From positions 864,001-928,000 of the forward strand of contig CBDCTK010000002.1 in NCBI GenBank assembly GCA_965222225.1: a DNA stretch of 64,000 nucleotides. The letters run 5' to 3'. Each line of letters starts with the position of its first letter. The stretch's first letter is position 1. The position numbers and the translations under genes were made by a program. This DNA is from Candidatus Poribacteria bacterium (GTDB lineage: Bacteria > Poribacteria > WGA-4E > JAJDTR01). Of this stretch, positions 9,558 to 19,964 are shown piece by piece. The notes beneath the pieces are model-generated. The model was given only the letters and a program-made list of their open reading frames with translations, did no database searches and was not told where the DNA came from.

Positions 9558-10985
9558 TCAATCCGTAGCTGTAATCTGTAACGCCCGCTGCTGATACAGG
9601 AAATCAAAGAGATTTCCTTCGTGCGGTTGGTCCCACGAAATCTGATTTGTGGGAATGGGTCCCAGATTCAGACGATCCACTGCTGTTGAGGTAAGCAAGT
9701 CACGCTTAAATCCACTATCCTCTGTGATGGCAGTCACAACTAACGTGGGGCCAATGTTTTCTAACATGGCTTTTTGAGGCATCTCGACAACACTGACGAA
9801 AGGGAATAGCAGTTCGGTGTTTGCCAAGGGATGTTGAGAATCTTCGCACCAAATGACTGTAGGTAGGAGGAACGTGCATCCGTCTACTTCAACCACCCTC
9901 TCCGACCCTCGGACCGCCGCTGTGATATCCGTTGCACCAGGCACTTTGAGATGATTGTCAATAAGATTCGAAATCTGATTGGCGACTTTCGGATTCGGAA
10001 AAGCGGCAATACCAGCTTCCGGATCATCCAGAGGCTTAGGTTCAATTCGCGACAGGCGCAATGCCAATGCTTCCGCTATGTTTCTGCCACGTGATGGAAC
10101 CCAGACTCCCGAAGCGTTAATACATGACCTACCCCCGTTTTCTACAACCGAGGAAACCATCAAATCTAAGTAGTCATTCCATTGCGCGATCGCATCCCCG
10201 GCAAGGATTACCTTGCTCTGCCCCGGCCCATGAATCTGTACGCGAGAATCCGCTTTCCAAGGGGCAACCGTGGCTCCGCCGCCAAACAGCATCGATCGAC
10301 CACATCGGAGCAAGATCTCGCTGCTCCCTGAATAATCCGTCGGATAAAACCCAAACCCTTCCGCAGGGCAACCTGCCTCAATTAGTGCTTGCGATACACG
10401 AAAAGGAGTCCACGGTTCCAGGCTGCCAGGCTTGAGAACGAGCGGAGTTTTAAGCGCAACCGCCGGAATCCAGAGGGCATGCACCCCAGGAGAATTATTT
10501 GGAAGCACAGCCCCCAACGCATCGGTTTGCGGTACATAACTCAAGTGTCGCCCCCCTTGAACACCCCAGCCTGCATCAAGAACAGAGAAATCTAGCCCAC
10601 GTGTCAACCCTCCAAGAATGGCCTCAAGCTCTTCAAGCACCAACCGAATCTTCGCCATGTTTTTCCAACAGAGCGATTCGGGCATTCCTGTGGTTGCAGA
10701 TAGGCAGTGAATATAATCGTCTGGAGCTTGCGACATGCCATCTACTGGCAGTTCCGATTCTGCAAAAAGCCGTGCCGCCTCCTTACAAATTGCCAACAAC
10801 TCCGAAACGGAAAACGCCTCCAGTGTCCGCCTACTCTCATCTACCTCGTGCAAATCCTTTGCAATCAATCCTTGATTGGCTTGACTTACGCTGGCAATTG
10901 GCTCGCCCGTCTTGATATGAGGCACCAGAACCGTGCTTAAACTTCTGTACGAACGCCCAGCTCGCAGAATCGGAATGTGTATCAT
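9558..10985 (-). CDS. Aldehyde dehydrogenase-fold acyl reductase (LuxC/EhpG-like)
   Basis: PNNSP, LKPG, catalytic NGGRSCIN, ELLFPFVSV. IHGPGQSK stands in place of the hydrolytic LELGGK motif. Confidence 0.8.
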   Translation of the reverse strand: MIHIPILRAGRSYRSLSTVLVPHIKTGEPIASVSQANQGLIAKDLHEVDESRRTLEAFSVSELLAICKEAARLFAESELPVDGMSQAPDDYIHCLSATTGMPESLCWKNMAKIRLVLEELEAILGGLTRGLDFSVLDAGWGVQGGRHLSYVPQTDALGAVLPNNSPGVHALWIPAVALKTPLVLKPGSLEPWTPFRVSQALIEAGCPAEGFGFYPTDYSGSSEILLRCGRSMLFGGGATVAPWKADSRVQIHGPGQSKVILAGDAIAQWNDYLDLMVSSVVENGGRSCINASGVWVPSRGRNIAEALALRLSRIEPKPLDDPEAGIAAFPNPKVANQISNLIDNHLKVPGATDITAAVRGSERVVEVDGCTFLLPTVIWCEDSQHPLANTELLFPFVSVVEMPQKAMLENIGPTLVVTAITEDSGFKRDLLTSTAVDRLNLGPIPTNQISWDQPHEGNLFDFLYQQRALQITATD

Positions 10986-11035
10986 GGGTACTATACTTTA
11001 AATTAGGGCAGGTTATGAAAAGCGGTATTCCAGCT

Positions 11036-11737
11036 TCATAACGTTATCTTCGCCACCCAGCCAGAAGTCGCATCGCAATAAACGAAGTCTGTGTTGAAAA
11101 TTGATAACCCGTGCGGCTCGGGGTGCGGTTCCGGCACTTCAATTCGGTCCATTTCTTGACCATCACGTAGGTCGAGTTTGACTATGACCCGGTCGGAAGT
11201 GTGAACGACCCAAATGCCATCTGCTACCCGTACAAGACCGTGGCCACGGTCATACGGCAGAGGAATCGTGTGCTGCACAGACCAGTCGGAGATTCGCACC
11301 TTGTGCAATACTTTATCGCTGAGGGTCTCAACCCATAGATAGTCTTCTTCGTAGTGATCGTATTCAACCCCATGCGTGCCGCCTCCACCGGGTAACGGAT
11401 ATCGCTCTTCAGTGTGTCCGGTTTTTGGATTGACTCTAAGTATGTCCGATTCGCCAGCCTTTGCATCGCTTGGGCGCGCTGGTCTCCAGCGACTTCCCTC
11501 ACCGTTCGCTGTCAGCCAAAGCGAACCTCCGCCATAAGCCATCCCGCTAGTATTGGACGATTCGGACGCAATCTCTGAAACGACTCTTGGTACACCGTAT
11601 TCAGACGTTTGCGCCATCTCAAGCAGTGCGACCCGATCGGTTATCTGATCGACAACCCAGAGACCATCGTCGGTCATCTGCAATCCATTCGGCATAGAAT
11701 AGGGCGCGCGAAACAATTCCTCGATTTTCCTAGCCAT
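11036..11737 (-). CDS. Small beta-propeller protein (glutaminyl-cyclase/NHL-like repeats)
   Basis: Repeats PNGLQ..DGLWV, SGMAYGGGSLW, HGVEYD..LWV, HGLV..DGIWV, PHGLS; no signal peptide. Confidence 0.6.
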   Translation of the reverse strand: MARKIEELFRAPYSMPNGLQMTDDGLWVVDQITDRVALLEMAQTSEYGVPRVVSEIASESSNTSGMAYGGGSLWLTANGEGSRWRPARPSDAKAGESDILRVNPKTGHTEERYPLPGGGGTHGVEYDHYEEDYLWVETLSDKVLHKVRISDWSVQHTIPLPYDRGHGLVRVADGIWVVHTSDRVIVKLDLRDGQEMDRIEVPEPHPEPHGLSIFNTDFVYCDATSGWVAKITL

Positions 11738-11860
11738 CTGTCCCTCCTAGTCCTCTCAACACAACCATTTTCCACATGTTGTGGCCTCGCTTGACGACAA
11801 CGTTCCAATCAAACCGTAAGCCTCTCCGGCGCTGCTGTACCGCTTAGCGACTATGGCCTG

Positions 11861-12949
11861 CTAGTACACGCCCACGACGACCGACTCCTGTAATTCCGAA
11901 AATAACCTTAAGTTCTCGACGCCATCCCAAGGATAACGATCAATTGGTTTTGCCCGTTCCGCCTCGTCTCTTTCAAGGAAGCGCGGCATAAAAAATTCCT
12001 TCGTTAGGGTGGTCAACATGACTCGTCCTGTTCGGTCATAGTCGACGGTTTCTCCCGTGTTATCCGGGTTGACCAATTCGATGACCGCCCGCGGTTGGGG
12101 TGGATAATAGATAATCGCGTAATTGTCGGCAGGATCGAACGGTTTACAACACGCTAACCCCATTAGAGTGTTTCCATAGGTTGGAATAAAATCTACACCG
12201 GGGACTAATTCCTCCCGCGCGAAGCGATGAAATTGAGCGTTCATCTCGGTTCCACCGCAAAAAATGCCCCGAATACCCGCCTTCTTCAATGAGATTTTCT
12301 CACAGAGAGCCTCCAGCAATTTCGGTGTCGTAAACAGACACTGAACGGTCTCATGCGCTCGTAGGACGTTCAGCGCTTGGTCGATGACGTGGTTTTTGTA
12401 TCCGTCTAGCTCCTGATGTTTTCCGTACTTGATGAGCTTGTTCACCCAGCGTGGATCCAAATCCACGAGAAAGCAGATTCCCCCGCGATGCTGCGCTAGA
12501 TGTTCCACAGCAAGACGCAGCCGTCTTGGGCCCGTAGGTCCGAGCATCAGCCAATCGCTGCCACGTGGAAAATTCGTGTCGGAAAGCGTTTCGCTGTATA
12601 TCTGGTAGTCAATCTGAAAGTCACGGATGCTGATACGAGATTTCGGAATCCCGGTAGAGCCTCCTGTTTCAAATACATAAACCGGTTCATCCGCGTACGC
12701 TTTTGGCACCCAACGCCGGACTGGTCCACCGCGTAACCACTCGTCTTCAAAATGCCCAAGGATTCTTAAATCGTCGTAACCCCCAATCTCTTGCCGCGGG
12801 TCAAACTCAAGTTTTTCTGCAAACTCTAGCCAAAACGGACACCCGGTCTCCGGGCTGAAATGCCACTCAACGATTTCACGAACATGAGCGTCCAGTTGAC
12901 AACGTGCATCTTTGATTCTTTGAGATAGAGACTGTTTCAAGATTTTCAC
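11861..12949 (-). CDS. Short adenylate-forming enzyme (EhpF/LuxE/PaaK-like)
   Basis: P-loop FETGGSTGIPK, CGGTEM, PTYGNTLMG, GRVMLTTLT, ERD. At 362 aa it lacks the usual C-terminal ANL subdomain, as EhpF does. Confidence 0.75.
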   Translation of the reverse strand: MKILKQSLSQRIKDARCQLDAHVREIVEWHFSPETGCPFWLEFAEKLEFDPRQEIGGYDDLRILGHFEDEWLRGGPVRRWVPKAYADEPVYVFETGGSTGIPKSRISIRDFQIDYQIYSETLSDTNFPRGSDWLMLGPTGPRRLRLAVEHLAQHRGGICFLVDLDPRWVNKLIKYGKHQELDGYKNHVIDQALNVLRAHETVQCLFTTPKLLEALCEKISLKKAGIRGIFCGGTEMNAQFHRFAREELVPGVDFIPTYGNTLMGLACCKPFDPADNYAIIYYPPQPRAVIELVNPDNTGETVDYDRTGRVMLTTLTKEFFMPRFLERDEAERAKPIDRYPWDGVENLRLFSELQESVVVGVY

Positions 12950-13074
12950 AACTATGCTAGTGCTTCACCTTACCTTCTAACGACACAGCATACACCGTGG
13001 TGACGTAGGGATGTGCTGTTCACAACGCTCAAAAAACTCTAATCAATGAGAACACGACTACGGGGTGTTCCCGT

Positions 13075-14532
13075 TCACTCCTCGGCAATTGCAAAAAGCG
13101 TATTCCGACTCGCAATGTACAATACCTTGTCCTTCGCCACCGGCGTCGTGTAAACTGCACTACCCATATTCACCTCATAGAGCAGGTCTTTCTGTTTGCT
13201 TGCCCTGAATACGGCAACATCTCCGTCTTCGTCGCCGATGTATACCTTTCCATCCGCTACGAAGGGTGAACCCCATATCGCCGCGTACGTGTCATATGTC
13301 CAATAGTGTTCGCCTGTGTCTGCGTTAAGGCAGTAGACAAAACCGCTCAAGTCCGCCGCGTACAATAATCCGTCGTGAATCGCGACGGTGGATATTGTAC
13401 GATTGTAATTTTCGTCCCCAAAATGCCAGACGGCGCCGGTTGTGGTGACATCTCCACTGCCCGTGGCATCGATCGCCCAAAGGTGTCCGACGCCCTGTCC
13501 ATGTTCCGGGTCTTGCCCAACTCCGACATAAACCCTGTTGTTGTAGATTACGGGAGTCGCAATTATGGCGTTTCGGGTTCCTCTTCCTCCCAACTGCCAC
13601 ACGGAATCTTTGGGATTGCAGTCAAATTTCCAGAGAAGTTTTCCTGTTTCGGGTTCAAGAGAATACACCCAACCGTCGCCACCGGGAAGTATCACCTGAG
13701 GCACTCCGTCAACTTCTGCGTACGCCGGATTTGACCATTGACCATGCAGGATATTTTCACCGGGCAAGTCGCTTTCCCAAACAAGCTCGCCCGTGTCTTT
13801 ATTGATCGCAATGAAACTCGGGGCAAACGGTGATGGAATGTGGATATGACCTTCATCAACCCCATTGCTCGTAATTACGAATAACAAATCTCCGGCGCCA
13901 ATCGGTGAACAAGTAGCAAGATTATGAGGGAAAACATCAAGCTCTTCCATCATATCGTATTTCCATACGAAATCACCATCGATTTCGGTCATATCGGTTT
14001 CATCTGCAAATGGTCCGTCATTCTCACCATCCCTAAAACCTTCAGTATCAATACAAACGACCTCACAACGGTTTGATATGTAATATAGGCGATTTCCTTC
14101 AATGAACGGTGTTGAGCAGATACCCTGTTGTGGCCAATCGTTGACTCTGCCTGCGGCCAGTTTGGTGTGCGTCGATTGCCATAGGAAGGCACCGTCAACC
14201 TCGTTGAATGCCATAATCACCCCGCGATCTCCAGCAAGTTTGGGATTGCGTAGACCTTGATTATTTGATCCTACGAAAACTTTGCCACCTATAATGACAG
14301 GCCCCGCATAGGTTTGCGATCCCAGTTCTGCTCTCCACTTGATGTTTTCCCCGGTCTTTGGATCCCATTTTTCGGGCAAGTTAGTCTCGCTGGAAACGAG
14401 ATTGCGTGAGGGCGTGAATCCCCACATTGCCGTATCTTCCGTGCGCTCGGATAGCACAGTGATTGGAAAAACAAGTACACTCGCGAAGATGAGCGCAATT
14501 GTTCCGGCTATTGAACTTTGTTTCTTTACCAT
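13075..14532 (-). CDS. Secreted PQQ-like beta-propeller protein
   Basis: Signal peptide, MWGFTPSRN, repeated TG...W docking motifs, acidic inserts. Confidence 0.9.
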   Translation of the reverse strand: MVKKQSSIAGTIALIFASVLVFPITVLSERTEDTAMWGFTPSRNLVSSETNLPEKWDPKTGENIKWRAELGSQTYAGPVIIGGKVFVGSNNQGLRNPKLAGDRGVIMAFNEVDGAFLWQSTHTKLAAGRVNDWPQQGICSTPFIEGNRLYYISNRCEVVCIDTEGFRDGENDGPFADETDMTEIDGDFVWKYDMMEELDVFPHNLATCSPIGAGDLLFVITSNGVDEGHIHIPSPFAPSFIAINKDTGELVWESDLPGENILHGQWSNPAYAEVDGVPQVILPGGDGWVYSLEPETGKLLWKFDCNPKDSVWQLGGRGTRNAIIATPVIYNNRVYVGVGQDPEHGQGVGHLWAIDATGSGDVTTTGAVWHFGDENYNRTISTVAIHDGLLYAADLSGFVYCLNADTGEHYWTYDTYAAIWGSPFVADGKVYIGDEDGDVAVFRASKQKDLLYEVNMGSAVYTTPVAKDKVLYIASRNTLFAIAEE

Positions 14533-14609
14533 TTATCGTTCCTTTATCGTGAAAAATATTCTCTCCAAATCGTGCGACGCCGCATTCGACTAGCACGGTG
14601 AGTGTGTCA

Positions 14610-16835
14610 TTAATTTCCCCAAACTCTCAGGTTATCATAATATATCTCGGCGGGCGAATAACCATAAACTCCTGGACTTCCTTCGCGGTTCGGCAGTGGA
14701 TCTTCGACTGTAATCGTCCACTCGTCAGGTTCGGATGTGCCCCTCTGCCACACCTTGCCTCTGACAACCGCTTTATCGCTAACGACTTCCACAGTCATTT
14801 TCATGGTATACCAAACATTAGGCTCCCATTTCAGGTCAACCCACTTTGCCATGCGAAGGTCTGAACGCCAAGATAGAACTTGAAGCCGCTGATGATTGCC
14901 CTGCATCTCCAGCGTATACCGATTGGCGATAAGCCCCATGTCAGGGAGATTGCGCTTGGGCTTTGTTCCCATTACATCCACCTGAATGGTGTAATTACGC
15001 ATGTTTGGAGGACCGATATATACATTGGATCGGTGTAATCCTCGACGCGCAGGTGGTTTTACAAGAACCTTGTTCCCACTAATCTCTCGAACAACGAATC
15101 GACTTGTTGCACGAACCCAATGCGGAGGATTTTTGCCTTCTGCTATCGATTCAAAATCCACGTACCACGGCAATTCAGGAACGACGCGGACACGTGCAAC
15201 CCCTCGCACGTCGCCAATCTGGGAAGACACGGTTCCCGCCTGTCCAACGTTATCTGTCTCAAGTTCTAACCTACCGTTGTTATCAATCAGACCCATCAAG
15301 CCGTCAAGCGACCACATACCACTCCGTTCTCCCAATAAATTGCCATTTTCATTGAAGATACGAGCCTTGAATTGAACCGTTTCCCCCGGTTTGCTCAAGA
15401 CTTCAGCGGGAGCAATTTGGATTGAAGCAGGTGTGGCATCACTTGTGACTAATTCAGGTTTGCTTGGAAGATATTTCACACTCTTCGGTGCTTCAGTAAC
15501 CGAAAGAGCTGCTAAGCCGCGCTCTTCGTCCCCCAAGCAGTATACCCCATTCTCGGTGGCAAAGTAGACTCGACCATAGGCTATTGCCGGCGAACCGTAA
15601 ATCTCCGCGTAGCGTCCGGAATCTCTTTCAATCTGTTCTGTATCAAGTGAAATACACTCATTCTCACTTGGTCGAAGGATATGGAAATGTCCGTTGACTT
15701 CAGTGGCATATATCTTCCCGTCTGTCACGACAGGAGATCCTTTGCCAACCGTGCCAAGACTATGTGTCCAGTGAACTTGACCGGTTTCGCCATTCAGACA
15801 ATGCAGGTTTGCCGAATTATCTACAACGTAGAGGCGTCCACCGTGAAATGCCGGTGAACTATATCCTGCCTCAATTCCGTCGACACGCCAAACTTCATGT
15901 GATTTGGTAACATCACCCGTACCTGTTCCATCAATACAGACGACACGTCCTATGACCGTCGTGTCCGTGTTCTCTCGATTATGGCTTGCATAGACCCGCG
16001 TTCCATCCACCACCACAGAGGAATTCAAAGCTCCTTGACTGACCTGGAACCCCCACACCTTTTCGCCCGTTGTCACGTCCATTGCGTACACGTGACCATC
16101 CGAATTCCCGTCAATCAATAAACGCCGCCCTTCAAACTCGGCAACCACACCGACGGGATAAGTTGTGTCTTTTGGAGGCCCACCGGGAGTTGCCGTCCAT
16201 ACAACATTCCCGGTTCGCTTGTCAAAAGCAAAATAGCGGTGGCGCATCGCGGCATGGCTGCCCCAACTCGTGTTGAGAAAACTCAAAATTACAAGGTCTC
16301 TGTCCACCACAGGCGTAACTACCCGTCCGCCATAGCCTGTGAAACGCCCAAATTCCTCCGTCAAAGAGCGTGACCAGATAATCTTGCCGTCACTGTCAAA
16401 ACAGGCAAATACACCGCTGATAGTGTGCGTATAAATATTGCCGGTTTCAGGATCGCCAGCCAGACTGGTCCAACCTAGGCGGCTAAAAGGAATTGTGCTG
16501 TGAAAGACATTGAATCGATGTTCCCAAAGAAATTCCCCCGTCATGGCGTCGAAACAGGCAACCCTCTCCTGTTCGGTAATCTCTTCCCCAATGCGGCCAA
16601 TGACGTACACACGCTTGTTAAGAACGATAGGCGTAGATCTACCAATGAAATCCGACTTCCATACAAGATTGTCTCCATCCTGCGACCATGTGGAAACCAA
16701 ACCTGTCTCCAAAGACGCACCGTTTTGAGCCGCTCCCCGCCAAGCGGGCCAATCAGCACCCAACACATTTCGAATTACCACCGAAATAAGTATGAAGCAA
16801 AATACCACAAGTTTTACTCTACAAAACTGTTGCAT
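14610..16835 (-). CDS. Secreted PQQ-like beta-propeller protein with C-terminal Ig-like and lectin/DUF1080-like domains
   Basis: ADWPAWRG after a signal peptide (start ATG 16835), propeller repeats, IAPAEVLSKPGETVQFKA Ig-like segment, C-terminal beta-sandwich ending YDNLRVW. Confidence 0.85.
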   Translation of the reverse strand: MQQFCRVKLVVFCFILISVVIRNVLGADWPAWRGAAQNGASLETGLVSTWSQDGDNLVWKSDFIGRSTPIVLNKRVYVIGRIGEEITEQERVACFDAMTGEFLWEHRFNVFHSTIPFSRLGWTSLAGDPETGNIYTHTISGVFACFDSDGKIIWSRSLTEEFGRFTGYGGRVVTPVVDRDLVILSFLNTSWGSHAAMRHRYFAFDKRTGNVVWTATPGGPPKDTTYPVGVVAEFEGRRLLIDGNSDGHVYAMDVTTGEKVWGFQVSQGALNSSVVVDGTRVYASHNRENTDTTVIGRVVCIDGTGTGDVTKSHEVWRVDGIEAGYSSPAFHGGRLYVVDNSANLHCLNGETGQVHWTHSLGTVGKGSPVVTDGKIYATEVNGHFHILRPSENECISLDTEQIERDSGRYAEIYGSPAIAYGRVYFATENGVYCLGDEERGLAALSVTEAPKSVKYLPSKPELVTSDATPASIQIAPAEVLSKPGETVQFKARIFNENGNLLGERSGMWSLDGLMGLIDNNGRLELETDNVGQAGTVSSQIGDVRGVARVRVVPELPWYVDFESIAEGKNPPHWVRATSRFVVREISGNKVLVKPPARRGLHRSNVYIGPPNMRNYTIQVDVMGTKPKRNLPDMGLIANRYTLEMQGNHQRLQVLSWRSDLRMAKWVDLKWEPNVWYTMKMTVEVVSDKAVVRGKVWQRGTSEPDEWTITVEDPLPNREGSPGVYGYSPAEIYYDNLRVWGN

Positions 16836-17047
16836 TCGTTTTTTCTTCTCCCGTTCCAAGAATGTAGTGAAACCACAATTAAAGACGTTGAAATTCCAGT
16901 CAAGTTTACTATAGCCCCCGTCCATACGCTACCGAATGTTTTGAGGTAATACTCTAGCGAAGTGTGTACACAGAATTGGCGATCCGAACTCCAAAACACT
17001 AATTATACACTAGAATCATGGATCGAGGAAAACTCAAAATAGAGATT

Positions 17048-18034
17048 TCAAATATAGTCAATTGGAATTCCAATCTTGCCAATGGCACCTCCTGTCGCAA
17101 CCATCGGATATGCCGGGTGCGACCAAAATATCCCGTGTTCCGGTGCACGGACTACCTCACGTAGCTTGCCAAAGACATCGCAAATTTCAGCTACCGGCTG
17201 ATGTGCCTCTACATAATCGTAGAGGTCTACCTTATAATATATGAAACCACCCTCGTTACTCAGCAGCGTAATCAATCTATCCACAAGCACCTGTCTTTCA
17301 GGCAACTCGGGATCCCCCTCGACAAAGCCGTAGTATGCCAGGATGTTCTGAACGCCGCGTACACCTTTCGCAATACTATCTGCGTTCCAACCCATGCAGC
17401 CGCCCAGTTCCGGATCAATTGTCGGAATGTCGATGTCCGGAGCAGCTTGGGCGAGTTGTCCCTGAGGTCCTTTCTGATTGAAAATATACCCAATACCAAA
17501 AACGCGTGCCAATTCAAGACAAGCCTTATGTCGTGGGTGTTTACCGTTCACGCGAACACGCACTTCGTCAATCATCGGATGAATTCCGCCCTGATGCAGG
17601 TCAATGCAATAATCCGACTGAGAGATGGCGGTCTCAAAGAGATGATGTGCAATCCTTTCGCTCGACGTTCCAAACGGCTTGCCCGGGAAACATCGGTTCA
17701 TTTTCATGTCATCAATCGGACTGAAAGCTTGCTTGGCATGGAAGGCGTGAAAATTCACGATGGGCACGGCGATGATTCTGCCGCTCAAACTGCCGGGTTG
17801 AATTTCTTGTAATAGCGCATGAATGACAGCAATGCCATTAAGTTCGTCGCCATCACTGATAGATTGCATGTAAAGTGTTGCTCCGGGTTGGCTGCCGTTT
17901 ATCAACACGATTGGCAGTCGAATTGGCGTCCCGTCCGCTATTGTGCCTACATGTAGATGTCCCTCCAATCTCTGTCCCGGTTTGGCTGCGAGAGTGTCAA
18001 CAACAAGGTCAATCTCCTTAGAATGGCCCCTCAT
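17048..18034 (-). CDS. Succinylglutamate desuccinylase/aspartoacylase (M14-like) family protein
   Basis: SDGDELNG (the usual HGDE His is Asp here), MNRCFPG, IDLHQG, C-terminal biotinyl-like domain; start uncertain (18034 or 18079). Confidence 0.85.
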   Translation of the reverse strand: MRGHSKEIDLVVDTLAAKPGQRLEGHLHVGTIADGTPIRLPIVLINGSQPGATLYMQSISDGDELNGIAVIHALLQEIQPGSLSGRIIAVPIVNFHAFHAKQAFSPIDDMKMNRCFPGKPFGTSSERIAHHLFETAISQSDYCIDLHQGGIHPMIDEVRVRVNGKHPRHKACLELARVFGIGYIFNQKGPQGQLAQAAPDIDIPTIDPELGGCMGWNADSIAKGVRGVQNILAYYGFVEGDPELPERQVLVDRLITLLSNEGGFIYYKVDLYDYVEAHQPVAEICDVFGKLREVVRAPEHGIFWSHPAYPMVATGGAIGKIGIPIDYI

Positions 18035-18429
18035 ATTTTTCTTAATATTCTGAAGGACATCATAGAGATGTCCTTCCAACCTCCCTAGATATGCTAAACA
18101 ATTTGGAGGGGCGTTTCGCTTGTCGCCGCCAACGCCCGTTAAGTTGGCGTGTCACTGCCGTATGAGAAAAGTAACGGCAACTACTCGTGATGAGGAATTA
18201 CATCGCCGATGTGCTACCTATACGCGAAGCACTACGTGACGATTATACGTTTTCTAGGTTCAATGTCAACAGAAATGTTCCGATAGTTAGACGTCGCAAT
18301 GTCGCTTTGGTCTTCCACGGAGTTAGCTTGCATGGTGCCAAAGGAGCGAGTGTCGAGGCAGGGACCCGCCTGAATTGGTCTCCACATCGTTCCACAAATG
18401 AGCCTAGTTACCCAGATTTTAATACCACG

Positions 18430-19441
18430 CTACGTGGTATGGAATACGACGCTGCGGATTGCCCAGAAACAACTCATCAACGTTTCTCCGATTGCCAGCC
18501 CCACAAAAAATGGATACCCGGGCACGTTTTGAACACCAACAGCGCTGCCGATTTGAAGTTGTGCCTTATTGATAAAGTAGAAAAACACACAAGAAAAAAG
18601 AAGACCCAAGGGCAGAAGAAGTGCTATTCCAATCATTAGCGAATTAAAGCGAATCGGCAGGTTTCCCAAAGCGTTCCACGGCTTCTGAGTAAAGTATACG
18701 TTGAGGTCATAGTCGGTAACGATTTGTGGTACGCTCGGTAGGACGCCATGAAGCCCATTGATTAAACCGATTGCCACCGGTATCGCGAAACTGATGATTG
18801 ACAGACGCTTTCCAAACATTGCCCCGACCGTGCCGTTATTTCGAAGAGAATTTGGATTATTGGATACCAAAGTTTTTCGTTCTCGACCCACTGTTTTCGA
18901 ATGATCGTGGTCAGGCAAAGAAAGATAACCATTAGGAGAAAGATCGCAATCAACCATGACAAGATTGGAGTCATCCAATGCTCCAGATAGCCGTCTGTGA
19001 AAAAATTCTGATTCCCCGCGTAGAAGTCTTGAACTGTAGTTGAATTAGAAATGATGAGCCAGTTGGGTAGATAGTGAAAGAAAGCGCTCTCCAGTCATTA
19101 TCAGGGCTTGCAAAACGATGCGCGTAAGGCATTTGTCCCATCAAACGCGGCATGTTGTCATGACCAGTGAAAGAGCTACCCACGGCAACCATCGAAAAAA
19201 TTACGAGCATATCCTGTTGACTGAGTTCGGCCGTTGGCACAATTCGCCGAACAACCATGTTGAGCCACGTAATTATCAAAAGGGTAAATAGCACATTAAT
19301 CGACAGTGCAACCGTCATAAGATGTGCGGTATGCCAGAGCATCTCTGCATATGCAAGCCAGTACGTATTAATGACAATCAGCAGGATGCCAATGAATACG
19401 GCGCGTTTCGAAATGGGGTAGGAGGCAAGTTTTTTTGCCAT
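18430..19441 (-). pseudogene. Frameshifted and truncated DUF6785-type membrane protein (paralog of 55737-57686)
   Basis: Three frames share motifs with the intact paralog (RAVFIGILLI, LSQQDMLVIFSM, RKQWVENEKLWYPIIQ, FTQKPWNA, GYPF). Shifts near 19080 and 18815; C-terminal half missing. Confidence 0.85.
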
Positions 19442-19964
19442 ACTAAAACTCTAGTCGCTCGCAGAAATCGAAAATATAGCGGCTACATCCGAGATACAAG
19501 TAGTGATCGCGGGCAATTCCTAGATGGCAAGGCTACTGTCCCATAGTTGCACCATCTGGTACAGCAAGATACGGAAAGGCTACCCAATTTTGGGCACGGC
19601 AGACGATGTACTACAAGAATGTCGGCTCACAAATCCCACGGTTAAAGGGTTTGCAGGGCATGGCACATAAATTGCTCAAATTACCTTTTGCAGAATCAAT
19701 GTCTATCGCGCGATGACATTTCTTGGTCGGTCCCTGACCTCGGCTCATTGCCAGTAAAACGGGGGTTACTGTCTTCAGGATGTCGTGAATTCGGATATTC
19801 CCAATCTCTGGCAATAATCTTTGGGTGCTCTATGGCTACTTGAATCCAGTTTCTTTGCACCCATTAACTTAACATCTGACGTTCGTTCATGGGATGCTGG
19901 TGAATTGGTGCGCCAATAATTCACTCATCCTGACGATTGAGCCAACGAATTGAGGAGACATGCT

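Noticed and set aside
19540-19940. Possible decayed genes here and at 49000-49200
   Set aside because: Multiple stops in all frames and no motif I could assign.
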